Shown: positions 1-13,662 of the stretch, one piece after another | How the letters are laid out: each line of letters begins with the position of its first letter | Numbering within the stretch: the first letter of the stretch is position 1 | NCBI RefSeq assembly: GCF_000142905.1 | Contig: NW_013657671.1 | Span: 480,373 to 544,372, forward strand | Length of the DNA: 64,000 nt | Source: Thecamonas trahens ATCC 50062 | Lineage: Eukaryota > Protista > Apusomonadida | Direction of reading: 5' to 3' | Translations under genes and position numbers: made by a program | Notes under the pieces: model-generated | Database searches by the model: none | What the model saw: the letters and a program-made list of their open reading frames with translations, nothing else | What the model was told of the DNA's origin: nothing

Positions 1-1225
1 CGCCTGCTACAATTGACGCCTCTGACTCGAGCTCTGACTCGGGCTCTGACTCTGGCTCTAGCTCTAGCTCTAGCTCCAACGCTGCCGATGGCGGTCAGCC
101 TGTTGACGGTGGTGCTGTTGGAGGTGGTGACGAGGCCGCGCCGGTGCCGGTCAACCTCCCCCACTTTTACGAGATCGTTGCCGCCTATGCCTGGGCCATT
201 CTCGACGTGAACAAGGATGGTACGTCCTTACCCACCCCCCTACCTACTCTACCCCTTCTCTCACTCCCATCTTCCCTTTGTACCTCCCGTTAGCCCCTTC
301 CCCATCCCCTCGCCACCCATCACCGCCTGTTCCCGGAATGCGACATTTTTCGGCCGGCTGCCGTTGGCAAGGGCTTGCAGGGGAGGGGGGGGGGTATGGG
401 GGGGTATGGGGAGTGGGGGGGGGGGGGGGGAAAGGGGAAATGGATGAAGGGGGAAGGGGGAAGAGGGAAGAGGTGTGTGTGTGGGGGTGTGTGAAGGGAG
501 GTGATTGGTTGGATCGGGCGAGGTGTGCATTGTCGTGTGCGTGGTGGTGGAGGTAGATGTGGGGGGCAATGGGGGAGAAGAGAGCGAGAGAGTGAGGGAG
601 CGAGAGATTGAGAGAGATAGCGAAGTAGCGAGATAGCGAGGTAGCGAGAGAGAGAGAGATAGGTATTGTGCGGCTTGTAATCATGCTGAATGGTGCGACT
701 GTGACTGATCCTCCTCCTCCTCCCCCTTGTTCTGGTATAGGCGTCATCGATGTCCAAGAGTGGGTTACGGGCGTGGCCAAGCTGGTCCCGACGGCAGACA
801 AGGCGCAGATCAAGGCTGATCTTCGTGCATACGATGCTGACGACAACGGCGAGATCGACTTTTCCGAGTTTGCCGTCTTTATGGCCGGCTGGGACCAGTC
901 TGGTCAGGCCGTCCTTCGCGAGGAGAACATCCGCGCCCTGGTCGACACCCTCGAGCTGTTCAAGGGCGAGCCGGCCGTCGTCGACTGGGCTGCCTTTCTC
1001 TCCATCGCCCGCCGCTTTGTTCCTGCAGAGGCCGAGACCACCGTGCTGGACGAGGACTTTGGCCGCCAGCTGCTGGCTGCTGTCTCGCTCGAGCCAGACC
1101 ACGTCAACTCGCTGACCTACGGCGAGGTCCTCGTTGCGCTCTGCACCATGTGGCACGGCCCGCCGCAGGGCGCCACCGTTGCCTACTACGTCCGTAACGT
1201 CTGGAACGTTGACGGCCGCTCCTAG
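1..1225 (+). CDS. EF-hand calcium-binding protein, 5'-partial; exons <1..219 and 741..1225
   Basis: Frame from nt 3 is open (PATIDASDSS...AWAILDVNKD). Splicing GTACGT (220) to TATAG (740) rebuilds the EF-hand loop DVNKDGVIDVQE. A second loop DADDNGEIDFSE follows. Confidence 0.8.
220..740 (+). other. Spliceosomal GT-AG intron (521 nt, phase 1)
   Basis: GTACGT donor, GACTGAT branch-like motif near 703-709, pyrimidine tract, TAG acceptor; removal restores an EF-hand. Confidence 0.8.
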
Positions 1226-1309
1226 AGTTGGGCCCCGTCGCCGCTACTAGCTTTGAGCATACACACACACATACGCGCACACATGCACGCACACACACAC
1301 AGTCTTTAC

Positions 1310-4300
1310 TCACTCACTGGCACTTGCGGCCGGACTCGACCACGCGCCTGCCGCATGGCAACCGTCGCACACACGCCCGAGCTTGCCACGCTTGCCCTGC
1401 AGAGGAACCTTGTTCGATGAGCAGGCCGAGCAAAAGATGCGCCCGCACTGGCGACAGTGATGGCGCCGCTCAAGGAGGGTAAAGGTCAGCGCGCACGCCG
1501 TGCAGGCCTTGACCGACTCGTCCTTGACCCAGTAGTCGGACGAGCCGCCATCCGGGAGCGACCACGAGAACACCCGGCCGAGGACGTCGCCCGAGTAGAG
1601 CTTGCGGTCGTCGGGCGCGAGCGCGAGTGCGGTGACCCCGACGGCGTCGGGCGCCACCGATCCCAGCGTGGTCAGCACGCCTTGCGTGTCGTGGACCGAC
1701 CGCCACAGGCGCGCGAGCCTCTCGGCTTCGCCCACGTCGGCCGGCGCAGGCACCGACGCCGAGTGGCGGAGCTCAAGCTCGGAGCCGGTCACCGACCAAA
1801 AGTTGATGCAGCCGTCGGCGTGCCCGGTCACCACCACGTTGTCCGACCGCCACACCGGGCCCATCGAGAGCGCAACCGAGAGCAGCGCCTCGGACGCCCG
1901 CAGGCCGATGTCAGCCCGGACCAGAAGCTCGCCGTTGATCGACCACACAAAGGCCGACGTCAGCGTGATGCTCACAATATCGCCCGACAGGTGATTGATG
2001 GCAACCTGTCGGACCGGCGCCCCGTGACCGGCAAGCTCTTCCACGTACACCCGCCGATTGAGGTCCCATACAATCGCCGTACCATCCATCGAGCCCGAGA
2101 CAAAGATGGAGAACGAGCGCGAGAGTGCAAGGCACGACACGGCGCCCTCGTGGCCCGACAGCCGCTTGATGAGCGTAAACTCGCGCGCCTTGCGCGGCTT
2201 GGTCGACGCCCACACCGCCACGCAGCAGTCGTCGCCGCCGGTGTAGAGCGTTGAGCCCGTCGGGTCCATCAGCACGGCAGTCAGCTGCCCATGATGCATG
2301 CCCTCGGTTCGCCCCAGCACCTTGCCGCTCTCAGCCGCCTTTTCCACCAGTGCGTGATCGGGAAAGCCCCAGGCAAGTACCTTGTTGCAGTGCGGGAGGA
2401 TGAGAGTGTGTAGCGCAGGCGCAACCTGCAGCGTATCGTTCACAACCCGGAGGAGGCCGACGAGCGAGTCGAGCTGCCGCACAGGTGCGGACGACGGCAG
2501 GAGGACGTGCGGCGCAGAAAAGACCGTCATCTGCAGACTCGCCTCGCGGACACGCTCCATGTTGCGTGCAGGGTGCGGCTTTTTGAACAGCTGCCGCGGC
2601 GTCTGCCCAAAGTTGTTGATCTGCGCAATCGTCGCCGCCTTAATCACCGGGTCGTCGATTGCCGCAATGTCGACTGCGCCTTCGTACGTGAGGTGGAAGA
2701 AGACGTTGAGTGCGTCGCGCGCCGCCTCTCCGCGCTGCTTGTAGCCGAAAACAAGATCGATCCACTCGTGCAGGTGCGCAGAGACGTAGTCCGACTCGAG
2801 CGCCGCACGGTGGATCCGCACAAACTCGCGCGCAGAGCCGTGCGCCCAAGGCGGGAGCTCCACGTCCGAAATGACCACCCCGTCCTGCCGCACCCCGAGC
2901 TCAAACTTGTTGACGTTCGCCAGAAAGTCCGGGAGGTAGAAGAACTCGGGAATGAGCTCCTTGACGTCGGACATGTTGAGCGCCGACGCCGACTCCCATG
3001 ACTCACGGAGCGAGGCAAACAGCCGGTCCGGGTGGTCAAACTTACCGCCCTGCAGTTTGAGAAAATGCGAGGTGAACGGCTCCATTCGAATGAGGTAGTG
3101 CAGAACCGTGCCGGCCGACGAGTAGTGCGTGCCGTAGTGGAACGGTGGCGCCATGTCGTCCTCCCACATGGCATACCGCTCCTCAAACTGCGCCCGCCGC
3201 TCCGCCCCGATTGCGCCCATCGGCTTGCTCAGATCGCGATAGACCGACGGGTCCGATAAGTCGAGCGTCTCACTGACATAGTCGGAGAGAATCCATGGAA
3301 AGACCGGATACTGCGTGAGATCGTTGTAGCTCCGCCCCGCCAGCGTGTTGAGGTGCATGAGGTACTCAAAGTTCGAGATCGAGCCCTCCACCCACCGCGC
3401 CTTGACCGACGAGCTGCTCGAGGCAAAGAGCTTATTGAGTCCACGACGCGAACTACCACCGCCCTCGCTCCCGCGCAGCGGACGCCCAGTCTCGGATAGC
3501 AGCGACCATGAGACGGCAGACGACGAAAACAGGCCACCAAGCGCCTCGAGCGGCGACCGAGACGACGACGAGCACTTGGCCTTGATCTTGGATACAACCT
3601 CGTTGCGCTGTGCAATGTCAAACATAAGCAGATCATTCCGCCCGTCGACCGAGAACAGCTCCAGCGCGTTGTCACGCAGCAAGTACCGCCGCTTGAGCAC
3701 ATTCGCAATGTCCTCGTACTTCCACCACACCACCGCGTGGCCCTCCTTCTCCGCAGCCTCGGACGAGAACGCCAGTGGGCCGAGCGCAGGATCGACCTCG
3801 TGCACAGACGCCCCAGACACATCCTCCACGTCGCCTGAAGGGAGCACCATGTAGTAGTCGATCACATACACTGCGCTCTCACACACCAGAAACAGCGCCG
3901 GCCACGTGTCGAGCCCCACAATTCGCGCGCAGTTGTACATGTACCGCATCCGCTCGCCAGGCTCAAGCAGTCGGAGAATCTTACGGTCCGTCCGCTCCTC
4001 CGAGAGCGTCTCGTCACCACCAAGCCACTTGCCCTCGTTGCGACCGACAAGCACAGTGTCATCATCATCATCATCATCCTCATCATCGTTGTCGTCGCCA
4101 GAGCCGTCGCCGCTCTCCTCGCCAATCGCGTCGTCGCGCTCGGCCGCATTGCCATTGGCAGATCCCCCGACGTGCGACGGTGCAAACTCGCCACTTCTGG
4201 TGACAGGCAATACGATGGGAGCGATCTGAGCATCGGCGGCGTCGGCGGCACCGTCAACAGCGTCCAGGCCCCTCCCGGCGGCGTCGCCGACTGCACCAGC

Positions 4301-7300
4301 CTGAACCGCCACAGCCGCCGGCTCGGCGGCGTCCATGAGCTCGGCCCACGCTGCCGAGTCGCGCGAGGTCGGGATCTTGCCACCATCGCCCGAGTTCTGC
4401 CCTTCGCCCAGAAACGGGAAGCGGGCATAAAAGTCTGGGTTCGGTGTCATCTTGAGGCGGATGCGGTGCGGGCCCTCTGTCCGGTCGAGTTTCCATTTGA
4501 GCAGTGCGGTTGCGCGCGCATCCTCCCACAGCCCGCGCTGGCGGTAGAGCTCTGCGCGGGTCTCGCGCCAAAGAATGGAGACCTGCTTGGTGCGATCGGC
4601 GATGGCGAGGCGCCGCTTGCGGCGGCGGACCGCCTGCACGTGCTGGATGCCGACGACCCGGTTCATCCGCCGCATGTCGGCTTTTTTCATCGCCGCAAAC
4701 GTGGCCTGCTTGACCCGCAGCCGTGCCTCTTGCGCCGCGCTCCGCGCCGCGTTGGCCTTGCGCAGTGCCGCGGCCTGTCCGCGGACCTGGATCCGCTCAA
4801 ATGCCTCCCACACCGGCGCCAGCGTCACATCAAACACAGCCTTGACTGCGCTGTCGTGCTCGGCCATCCAGTACGAAAAGCCGTTAAAGTCCTTGTCGCG
4901 AACAAGCCGCTCAAAGCCGCCGGTGTAGACGTCGGCCTCGGGCGAGCTGGCAAGAAAAGGGCCGACGTGCTCACGCCGGGTGAGAATGAGCAGCTTCCAC
5001 AGGTTCATGGCTGAGAGCCGCAAGTGCGAGTCGTCGTGGAGGAGGAACCGGTACAGCCAGTAGCAGAGGCAGCCGTAGAATTCGCTCGACGTGTTTGTCG
5101 GGAGAAAGACTGTCTGCTGGTAGAGAAGAAGTCGGTTGAGGACGTCAAGCGGCGGCTCGCGTCCGACCCCGTTCGCCGCGCAGTACACGTCATGGATGAC
5201 AATGAGCGAGAGCGCAGATGTGAGCGGCGCCACAAGCGCCGCACTCGCTGGCGCCGCGCTGACCCCAAGCTTGGTGATGAGCGTGACAAGAAAGTCAAAG
5301 ACAAGCCGCGAGCCACCGGGGAACGACTTGCGGTAGACCTTGGCCACCAGCAGTGAGTAGAACGCCTCGGCCGCCGCCGCGAGGTTCGGCGACGCCACAA
5401 GCTTGTCGACCGTCAGCGACGCCGCAAGATAATCCATCAGGTCCGAGAGGAGCTTTGACTGGAAGAGTACATGATGGTCGCGACCAACATACGGCGGCAC
5501 AGCCTCCAGGACTCGCTCCAGCAGCTCTGGCCCGGTGCTCGAGTGGATGAACGATTCTTGGACAAGCGTGCGCAGAAAGTCAAAGACGAGCATCGAGACT
5601 GGGTGCAGGAAGAGAGTGACAAGCTGTGACTGTGCCGACGAACTCGGACTCTCGCCGCTGCTTGAGCTCTCGACTGTGCTCTCGACCGCACCCGCACTCG
5701 CACTGGGGGACGACGACGGCGAGAGGCCGTAAAAGTCCTGCAGCTTGCGCCGCGACGCCGATTGTGGCGACGCCGGCGTCACCGGCGTACTCGGAAGCCG
5801 GAAGCCCGAGTCCGAGACCGACCGCGGCGATGGGGAACCCGGCGCTGCCAGACCCTGCCGTCGCACCGCAACCGAGACACTTGGCGAGGTCGGCGATGGC
5901 GACCGCGAGATCGACGAGCGCCGTACAGGCAGCGCCGGCCGCCGGCTCGGGCTCGACTCGGCGTTCTCGACTGGCTGAATGACTACAAAGCCCGCATCGC
6001 GGTCGTGGTCGTGGTCATCCCCGCCGTCGCAACTGCCGACGGCCTCATCCAGACTCGAGTCCTCACGCACAGGCGTGAGGAGGCTGGTCTCGACGACTGA
6101 CGTCGCAATGTGTGCTCGCGGAAAGAGGACTTCGGTGAGCTGACAGATGACGTCGTCCTTGGAGGCCAAGGTGCGGAACGAGGGCGAGGCCTTGAACAGG
6201 AAGGTCATAAACTTGAGCATGGTGACCTCGACTGACGACGACGAGGCGGCAGCTTCGGCAGGTGTCTGTGATTCCGAGCCGCCCGAGGCCTCTGCGGCGA
6301 GCACAGCGGCGCAGCGGGCCTTGAGCATGGCGAGAAGAACAAGGACGATGTCGCCGTGGACGACAGTCGCCTCCTCGACCCCAAAGGCGTCGACAAGCAG
6401 CTGGAGCGGCGTGGCGCCGGACGCAAAAATGCCATTCTCGTCGGTGGCGCAACCATCAAGTCCCTCCGGAGGATTGACGACAAGGTCGAGGCGGCCGAGG
6501 AGAATGGCAAATAGCAGAAAATAGGCTGTGAACGACGAGGCCGCGTGCGGAAGCATGTGCGCGAGGGCGGCAAAGCCGTCAGAGGCGCGAAATTCCCGCG
6601 CAAACGACGAGGCGTGCTCGCCCAAGAGCAGGCTGCCGAGGATGCGTAGCGCGAGGAGGACGGTCGACTTGTGAACGTTGCGCTCGAGAAAGAACAGGAC
6701 CCACTGGCGGGTGGTGCGGCGGGCAAAGATCTCGGCGGCGACAGAGGCGGCCTGCGGCGACGAGCCACGCGCTGGCCCAGCGAGTGCATCGAGAACGTCG
6801 GTGAGGAGCATGTTGCGGATAGAAACAAGACGCGAGGCCTTGTCTTCTGAGTTGCCGACCACCGGCGCGACGCGGAGGCCAGCAGCAATGCCTGGCGAGT
6901 CTAGGACGTGCTCGTGGAAGGCACGGGCCGAGGCGGCACCAAATGAGCGAGCCCGGCGGCGACGGCGCGGGCGCGATCCACCCGAGTCAGTGCGTGGACG
7001 CGCGGACTCGCTCGCACCCACCCAGCCCTGGGTCTCGACCGTGGCCGAGAGCGTGGCAACCAAGTAGTGGGCAAGTTCGGAAAAGTCGACTTCGCGCGGG
7101 TCGGCTGCGAGCAGCGCGCGCAGCAGCGCACGCGCAGGCTCCAGCAGCGACGTTGCGGTCTCGGGCGCAAGCATAAACTCGAGGACATGGATGAGGACGC
7201 CCGAGGCGCGGAAGGCTGAGAGGTTGAGCTCGGCAAGCGACGAAAAGGTGACCAGGTACGAGAGCCGTGAGAGGAGGAGCGCCTGGAGCGCAACCGGCGC

Positions 7301-10300
7301 CGACGCCCACATGCACGGATTGGCAAAGAGCGCGTCAAAGGCGGCGACCGAGGCTATGAGGCCGTGGTCCTGCGAGACAATGTCCTTGCCGACTAGCGCA
7401 ACAAGCGCGTTGAGGGTGGCGTGGTCGACAAGGTTGTCGCGCACCTTGTCCACCATGACCTGCGCGAGAATCTCGTAGCCGGCGAGCGCGGTCATTTGGG
7501 CCAGGTTCTGCGGCGCAGCGTCGAGGAGCTGCGAGAGGAGCTGGACGCGGGCAAACAGCTCGTCGCGGGTGGTTGCCGTGGCGACCAGCTCGAGGACAAC
7601 AGGCACACCGCCGACCGACTGCAGCGCGGTGGCGAGCGTGGTGGGCGTGTACGCGCCGGCGAGGCCCATCAGCCGGCCGACGGAGCCCGAGGCCGCGTCG
7701 CCCGAGACAGCCGACGCCGACGCAAGGGCGGCGCGCTCGAGGTCGTAGTACAGCGGGGTGCCGGCCTGGAGCGCAGGCGGGTCGCCGGCGCCCGGCGGGC
7801 CCGAGCTTCGGCCTGCGCCACCGGTGCCGCTTGGCGCAAACGGCTCCGTGGCGAGCGCGAGTGCGGCAGCCGAGCGCGGCGCGATGAGCGAGCGCGGCGC
7901 GGCGGCGGCCGGGCTAGCCAAATTGAGCAGGTGTGACGAGGCGACGAGTGCGTCGGCGCCGGCGTGGGTAGTGACCTTGGACGAGAGGTCCAAGTACGAC
8001 TTGGCAGAAAAAGCAAAGACAATGTTCGGCCCCGTGAGGGTGGTAAAGCTCGCGGCGGCGTAGTTGAGGTAGCTGGCCCACTCGAAAAAGGCAAAGCTGC
8101 GACCGGCAGGTGACGGATCGACGGGTGAGGCGCCTGCTGGGGCGATGGCAGTCGCCAGCGCGGCGGCAGGGGCGGCGAGGCGGGCGGCGGCAAGCGAGGC
8201 AAGAGCGGCAACAGCCGAGGCAGCAGCAGCCGCGGCCGACGACGGGTCGGACGCTGCCGAACTCGAGTCAGACGCATCGAGGGCGGTGGCGGTGGCGAGG
8301 TTCGGCCCGTCGAACGGAGCGTACGACTGGTATGGTTCGAGCGAAGGATCAAACGTGCCCGAGTACTGTGGGCCGAGACAGTACCAGAGGTGGACGTCAC
8401 GTGGCGAGGCGACGGCTTCGATCATGTACGTCGCGCCAAGCTTAAAGGCAGCGCTTTCGGCGGAGCCGCGCATCGACGGCGAGGTGCCAATGAGAGCTGA
8501 GACCTGCGAGGCGGCCGAGGCAGGGTAGGGGCAGCGGTGCGAGCCCGCAAGCAGGCCGTCGATGTAGAGCGATGCGACCGAGGCGTGAAGCCGGGAGCGC
8601 GAGTGGGTGACCACAAGGTGGTACCAACGGCGCGACTTGATGACCGCGCCAGCAAAAGTTGCGGCGGCGGTGTCCGCGGCCGAAGTCGAGAGCAGCGGTG
8701 TGGTCCCGAGGAGCGAGAGCGCGAGGTACGAGCGCTTGTCGTCGGAGGAAACGGTGAGGAGGCGAAGGAGGTGGGATGCGTCAAGCGCCTCGACGTAGAG
8801 CCAGGTGCCAAAGGTGTAGCCGGTGGCCGGCGGCCACGACCGCGATCCGAGTGACGGCATGTGGAGGCCGGCAAAGCCCGGCTTGTGGCGCAAGTCAAAG
8901 TTGACAAACGGCGGGTCGTTGGCGTATGGCTCGGCAAGGAGGAGAAGGGTGTTGGTGAGCTCGAGCGTGGCCGCAGCCGAGCCGCCGTGGGCGGTGTAGA
9001 GATTGAGGAGCGCGCGGAGCTCCGACGGAGCGAGCGCCACCCGGCCTACAGCCTGAATGAGGCGCAGGATGCCTGGCCGCAGCCGCTCGGACTCGAGCCA
9101 GGTACCGCTGTGCGCAAGCAGTGCAGAGAGCAGCGAGGCCGATCCGAGCGAGGCGGCGTTGTGGACGGCGGCAGCAGCGAGAGCCTCCAGCAGCGCCGAG
9201 AGGTGCGGAAGCAGGCTATCGACCAGGTGGGTACCGTGAAAGACAAGATTGAGCGCGAGGAGGACAAAGGCCGGGTGCGCGAGCCGGGTGTTGGCCGAGA
9301 ACACCAGCGGGAGCGTGTAGCCTCCGGGTGGCGGCGGCGCGTTGAGGACGAGAGCGTCAGCGGCAAGACCGGCGATGCTGTCGCCGGCGAGAAGACGGGC
9401 GAGGAGAACGTCCCACGCGTCCGAACCAAACGGGAGCGGCACGGGGTGCGACGGCCTGGCGCTCGAGGTCAGTCTCGGCATGGCCATGGCGACAAGGAGG
9501 TACACGTAGTACGGGGCAAGAGTCGAGTCGAGGAAGCCGGTGTTGAGGAGGATCTGGCCGAGCGGCTTGAATCCAATGTGGGCCGAGACAAAGGCGAGGT
9601 TCTGCTCTTGTGAGACGACGGCATGGTAGAGGAGGCGGAGGACGGCGAGGACGAGCGCATGGGCGTCTACAGCCGGCGCGTCTGTAGGCGACGGTGTGTC
9701 TTTGGTTGGCGCAAAGACTCCTTCGAGGGCGACGAGTATGGAGACGAGGGTGACGAAGCCGCCGAGGTCGCGAAAGGTAGCGGTGGCACCCGGGTTGGCG
9801 CGGAACATGAGGGTGATGGCGTTGAGCATGTCAACAGTCATGGCATGCGAGGTCTTGGAGTGGACATGGAGAAGCTCGATGTAGTGGACAAGGTCTGCAT
9901 GCTCCTGGCGCTTGTCGGCACCGACAATGCGGACAAGGAGCGTGAGCGCTGCTGGCCGCAGCGAGTCGTGGACAAGGAGGTCCATGAGCGTGGCTGGAAG
10001 CGAGGCAGCGCGGACGGCGCGGACGTTGGTGTAGTTGGACTCAAGGAGGCAGGCGAGGGTACCGGTGACGGCGTCGATGGCGGCGGTGGGCGCAGTCCAC
10101 GGCTGAGCGGCGGGATCAAGGAGCGCGACGAGGGCATCAACCACGCCGAGCTCGCGGGCCTCGTCGCGGTAGCTCGAATCGAACGAGACGAGCGAAGTGA
10201 AGACGGCGGTAATGAGCACGACTACCGGGGCGTCGAGCGCGAGGGTGGCGAGGAGATGAGCAAGCCGGGTGAGCTCCGGTGTCGGGTGCGGCTTGATCGA

Positions 10301-11886
10301 CGTCGCCACAAACTGGACGAGCTTGATGAGCCTGTTCTGGACGACAGGCGCGTACGACGGGAGCGGGATGAGGAACGACGAGAGCACATTCGGCCCGTTG
10401 CACGCTTCGTACGCCCCTGGATCGACAGCAAAGATCGAGAGAATGAGGTCCAGCAGCTCGACGCGAACGTCCGGCGAGGCAGCATCGTTGAAAAAGCTGC
10501 AAGGACCGTGAATGCGCGCGGGTAGGTTACAACCTTGGTTGCCGAGCCGGGCGAGAGCATGAGGTCTGCAGCGCCGCGGTCGGCCGGCGCAGAGACTGAG
10601 CGCGTCGGAGCCACACTCTGCTGGGCTGCCTGTCCACTCTCGATGTAGAGCAAGTCGACAATAGTCCCAATAAGCTGATCAAGCTGGGTCGGCGAGCCGG
10701 TGGCCTCCATGTACGAGAGGAGCTTGATGAGGTAGACATCGGGCCCACACTCAAAGGCGCGGAGAAGTGACAGGCGGGCAGGCGGAGAGAGGTCTGGTTC
10801 AAAGAGCGGCGCCAGCAGCGCGAGCAGAGTATCGAGTACCAGCTGCGGTGAGAGGTCGGCCAGGCCGTCGACAAGCGCCGAAAAGGCAACCCGGTAGCAG
10901 CCCTTGTCGGCAATGTACGACGCCGCAGCCGGGAGCGAGAGGAAGGCCGGCGAGAAGACAGCAGCCAGTGGCGGGAGGAGCGATGGTGAGAGCGGCGGGA
11001 GCTTGCAGAGCACAAAAACGGTGTCTGAGTCGAGGAGATCCTCGACGGCGGCGTGTGAGGCCGTGATGAGGGCGGCGAGAGTCCGGGCCGGCGGCCCGAG
11101 CCTCTGCTCGCACCCGACCGCGAGGACAAGCGCCTTGGCGAGCGCAGTCGGAAGGGCAGTGCGGGCAACAGCGTCGGCGAGGAGCGGAAGTGGCGTCAGC
11201 GGAGCGGTGAGGACAAACTCGAGGACGCTCACCAAGAGCGGGCCGTGCGACGACGTGCCGTCGCGGGCGACGAGCAAGGCGGCAGTGGCGGATGCGGCGG
11301 CTGCACGCGAGGACGCGGCTCGACCGGCGGCCACCAGCGAGCTCCGCAGTGAGCACGCAGCAGCAGCCACAAAGAGCGGCAACGGGGCGAGGGTGACGGT
11401 GAGCTGATCGATGAGATCGCCGTCGAGGCGCGGAGCGTCGAGATAGAGCTCAGCAAAGAGTTCCAACAGCGGCATGAGGAGGGCGTTGAGGTTTTCCAGC
11501 GAGATCTTGCTCAGTTGCGCAGCTTGCGGTGAGAGAAACCTCGCAGGGCCACTCACTCCAGCAGCATCAGCCAGAGCCTGAGCAAAGGTAGCCGAAGACG
11601 AGGCGAGGAGGGCAGCAGCTCGAGCCTGAGGCGAGTCCGGGGAAGTGGTAGGAAAGACAGCGGCAAGATCTGCAGGCGAAGCCGGCCAACTCGAAGAAGT
11701 ATATCTCTGAGAAGAAGCTGTCGTCCCACCAAGGTCACCCCCCTGCCCATCACTTCCGCTCCCGCCGCCTTGTTCCATGCCCGCGCCCCTGTCACTCCCA
11801 CTCGAGCCACCACGACCACCTGGCCCTCCACGGGCATGCTCCCCAGGTGCTCGAACTTTGTTCACCAGCGACTTGACCCAGTTCAT
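1310..11886 (-). CDS. WDFY3: WDFY3/ALFY-like protein (ConA-like, PH-BEACH, WD40, C-terminal FYVE); one-base frameshift at ~10491-10495
   Basis: BEACH motifs (ISNFEYLMHLNTLAGRSYNDLTQYPVFPW, HYGTHYS, ELIPEFF, NNFGQTP), WD40 repeats and FYVE (WVKD...RRHHCRQCGRIFC). The 554-aa and 3025-aa ORFs join as RAFTVLAAF-FNDAASPDVRVELL if one T is added to a T5 run. Confidence 0.9.
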
Positions 11887-12426
11887 CCCAAGCTCAACGT
11901 GCTTCCTCTCAAAGAGTCAACGTGTGTTGCGTGCGGTGAAGTGTGGCGTGTTGCACGTGGACCCGAGAGCTTGGCCATGGTCGCCGCCGCGGTGCGGGGC
12001 TGGACCAAGGGTCAGATGCAGGAGATCAGAGTGGAGGATGATCGGGGCGCCCGGGAGGGGGGGGGGGGGGTATAGAGGGAGATAGTGGGTACTTGTATGC
12101 GCGCGTGTGTGTCTGTAACCACACCATGGTGATGGCTTGAACTTGATTATGGATGACTCTGGGCTGGTGACGCCATCCGAGGGAGTGACCAAAGGACAGC
12201 CATGTGACCGATGATGTCAGGCAGGCAGAACGCGACCAGAGCCGAGAGCCCAGTCGCAAGCACCGACCACGCACACTCACTCGACTGACAAGACACAAGG
12301 ATTTGCTTGTGGATGAACAGGAACGCAGCTGACGGGGTCCGGCGACGCGGGCGTGGGACGCACAGCAAGGCTGGGAGCGATTCGGGGTGGGGCGGCGGAA
12401 GCTCCGATCACGGGCGCGAGTCGTCG

Positions 12427-13662
12427 ATGGGGAAGACTGACAATCGTGGGACGATGATGCGACAAATGCAGGCGTTTCTGGGTGCGGCATCGGTAGCATC
12501 GGTACCGGGATTGCTCGCTACCCACGTCAACATTGCCATGTATGCCTTTGCCTACTGGCTGCAGCAGCCGGTCCTCCCGTTCATCTCGTCGGAGCTCGGA
12601 GCTTCGGCGGCGACGTTTGGCCTCCTCCAGTCGGTTTTCTCGGGCGCACAACTACTGGGCGGCCCGGTCATGGGTACGATGGCGGACTCGTTGTCGCCGC
12701 GGGCGATTCTGGCGATCTCTTTGGCTGCAGGCGGCGTGTCGTATGGGCTACTCGCCCTCACTCACTCGCTCCCGATGCTGTTTGCGTCCAAGCTGCCGTC
12801 GGCAGCGATGCACGCGATGATGGCAGCACAGGCGTGCGTATCGACTTTGTCGACACCCGAGGCGCGGGCGCAGGCTCTCGGGCGGCTCTCGCTGTCATAC
12901 GGCCTGGGGATGGTGGCCGGCTCAGCGCTCGGCGGCTCGCTGACGCGGGTGGTCTCGCTCCACACGGTGGCCGGCATGTCGGCTGCTGTCTCGTTTGCCA
13001 CTGTTGCCGCGACGTATCAGCTGTTGCCGGATAAGGTGGGCGGCGAGGGGCGGAGAAAGGAAGCCGAGGATAAGGACGCGGCCAGTCCTGGATTGGGCGC
13101 GTCGCTGAAGCTCATGGTCTCACCGGCGCTTGCGCCGGTCATGCTCTTTGTGGCTGCCGTCGGCCTCGCACTCTCGATGCAGCGGGCGACGTTCTCGATG
13201 ATGGCCAAGGACGCGTTTGGCCTCTCATCGGAGGAGCTCGGATGGACGATGTCGTACGGCGCGCTGCTGGGGCTTGTTGTGAACGTCGTCATTGTCCCGC
13301 TTCTCACCTCGGTCATGTCCGAGATCCAGACCTCGATAGCCGCCGCCGCGCTCCTTGCCCTCGGCTTTGCAGGCTATGGCTCGGCAGCGTCGCTCGCGGA
13401 CATTGTGGTTGTTCTCGTCCCGCTCACAGTGGCGAGCGCGACGCTCTACACTGTCACAACAGCGCTCATCTCCAACGTCGTCCCGGCCGAACTGGTTGGC
13501 TCGGCCATCGGCTTGCGTCACGGCCTCGGCTCGCTGCTCGGCGTGGTCGCGCCAGCGCTGGCATCGGCCATTCTCGCCGCGTCGTCACCTGCCGGCCTCG
13601 CTTACGTCTGCGCCGGCCTCGCGGCGGCGGCGGCGGTGGCGGCCCTTGTTGCGCGAGCCTGA
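12427..13662 (+). CDS. Major facilitator superfamily transporter (DHA1/SLC22A18-like)
   Basis: About 12 hydrophobic segments, motif A-like GTMADSLSPR, and RAQALGRL...GMVAGSALGG. The start codon is uncertain (12313 or 12427). Confidence 0.8.
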   Translation: MGKTDNRGTMMRQMQAFLGAASVASVPGLLATHVNIAMYAFAYWLQQPVLPFISSELGASAATFGLLQSVFSGAQLLGGPVMGTMADSLSPRAILAISLAAGGVSYGLLALTHSLPMLFASKLPSAAMHAMMAAQACVSTLSTPEARAQALGRLSLSYGLGMVAGSALGGSLTRVVSLHTVAGMSAAVSFATVAATYQLLPDKVGGEGRRKEAEDKDAASPGLGASLKLMVSPALAPVMLFVAAVGLALSMQRATFSMMAKDAFGLSSEELGWTMSYGALLGLVVNVVIVPLLTSVMSEIQTSIAAAALLALGFAGYGSAASLADIVVVLVPLTVASATLYTVTTALISNVVPAELVGSAIGLRHGLGSLLGVVAPALASAILAASSPAGLAYVCAGLAAAAAVAALVARA

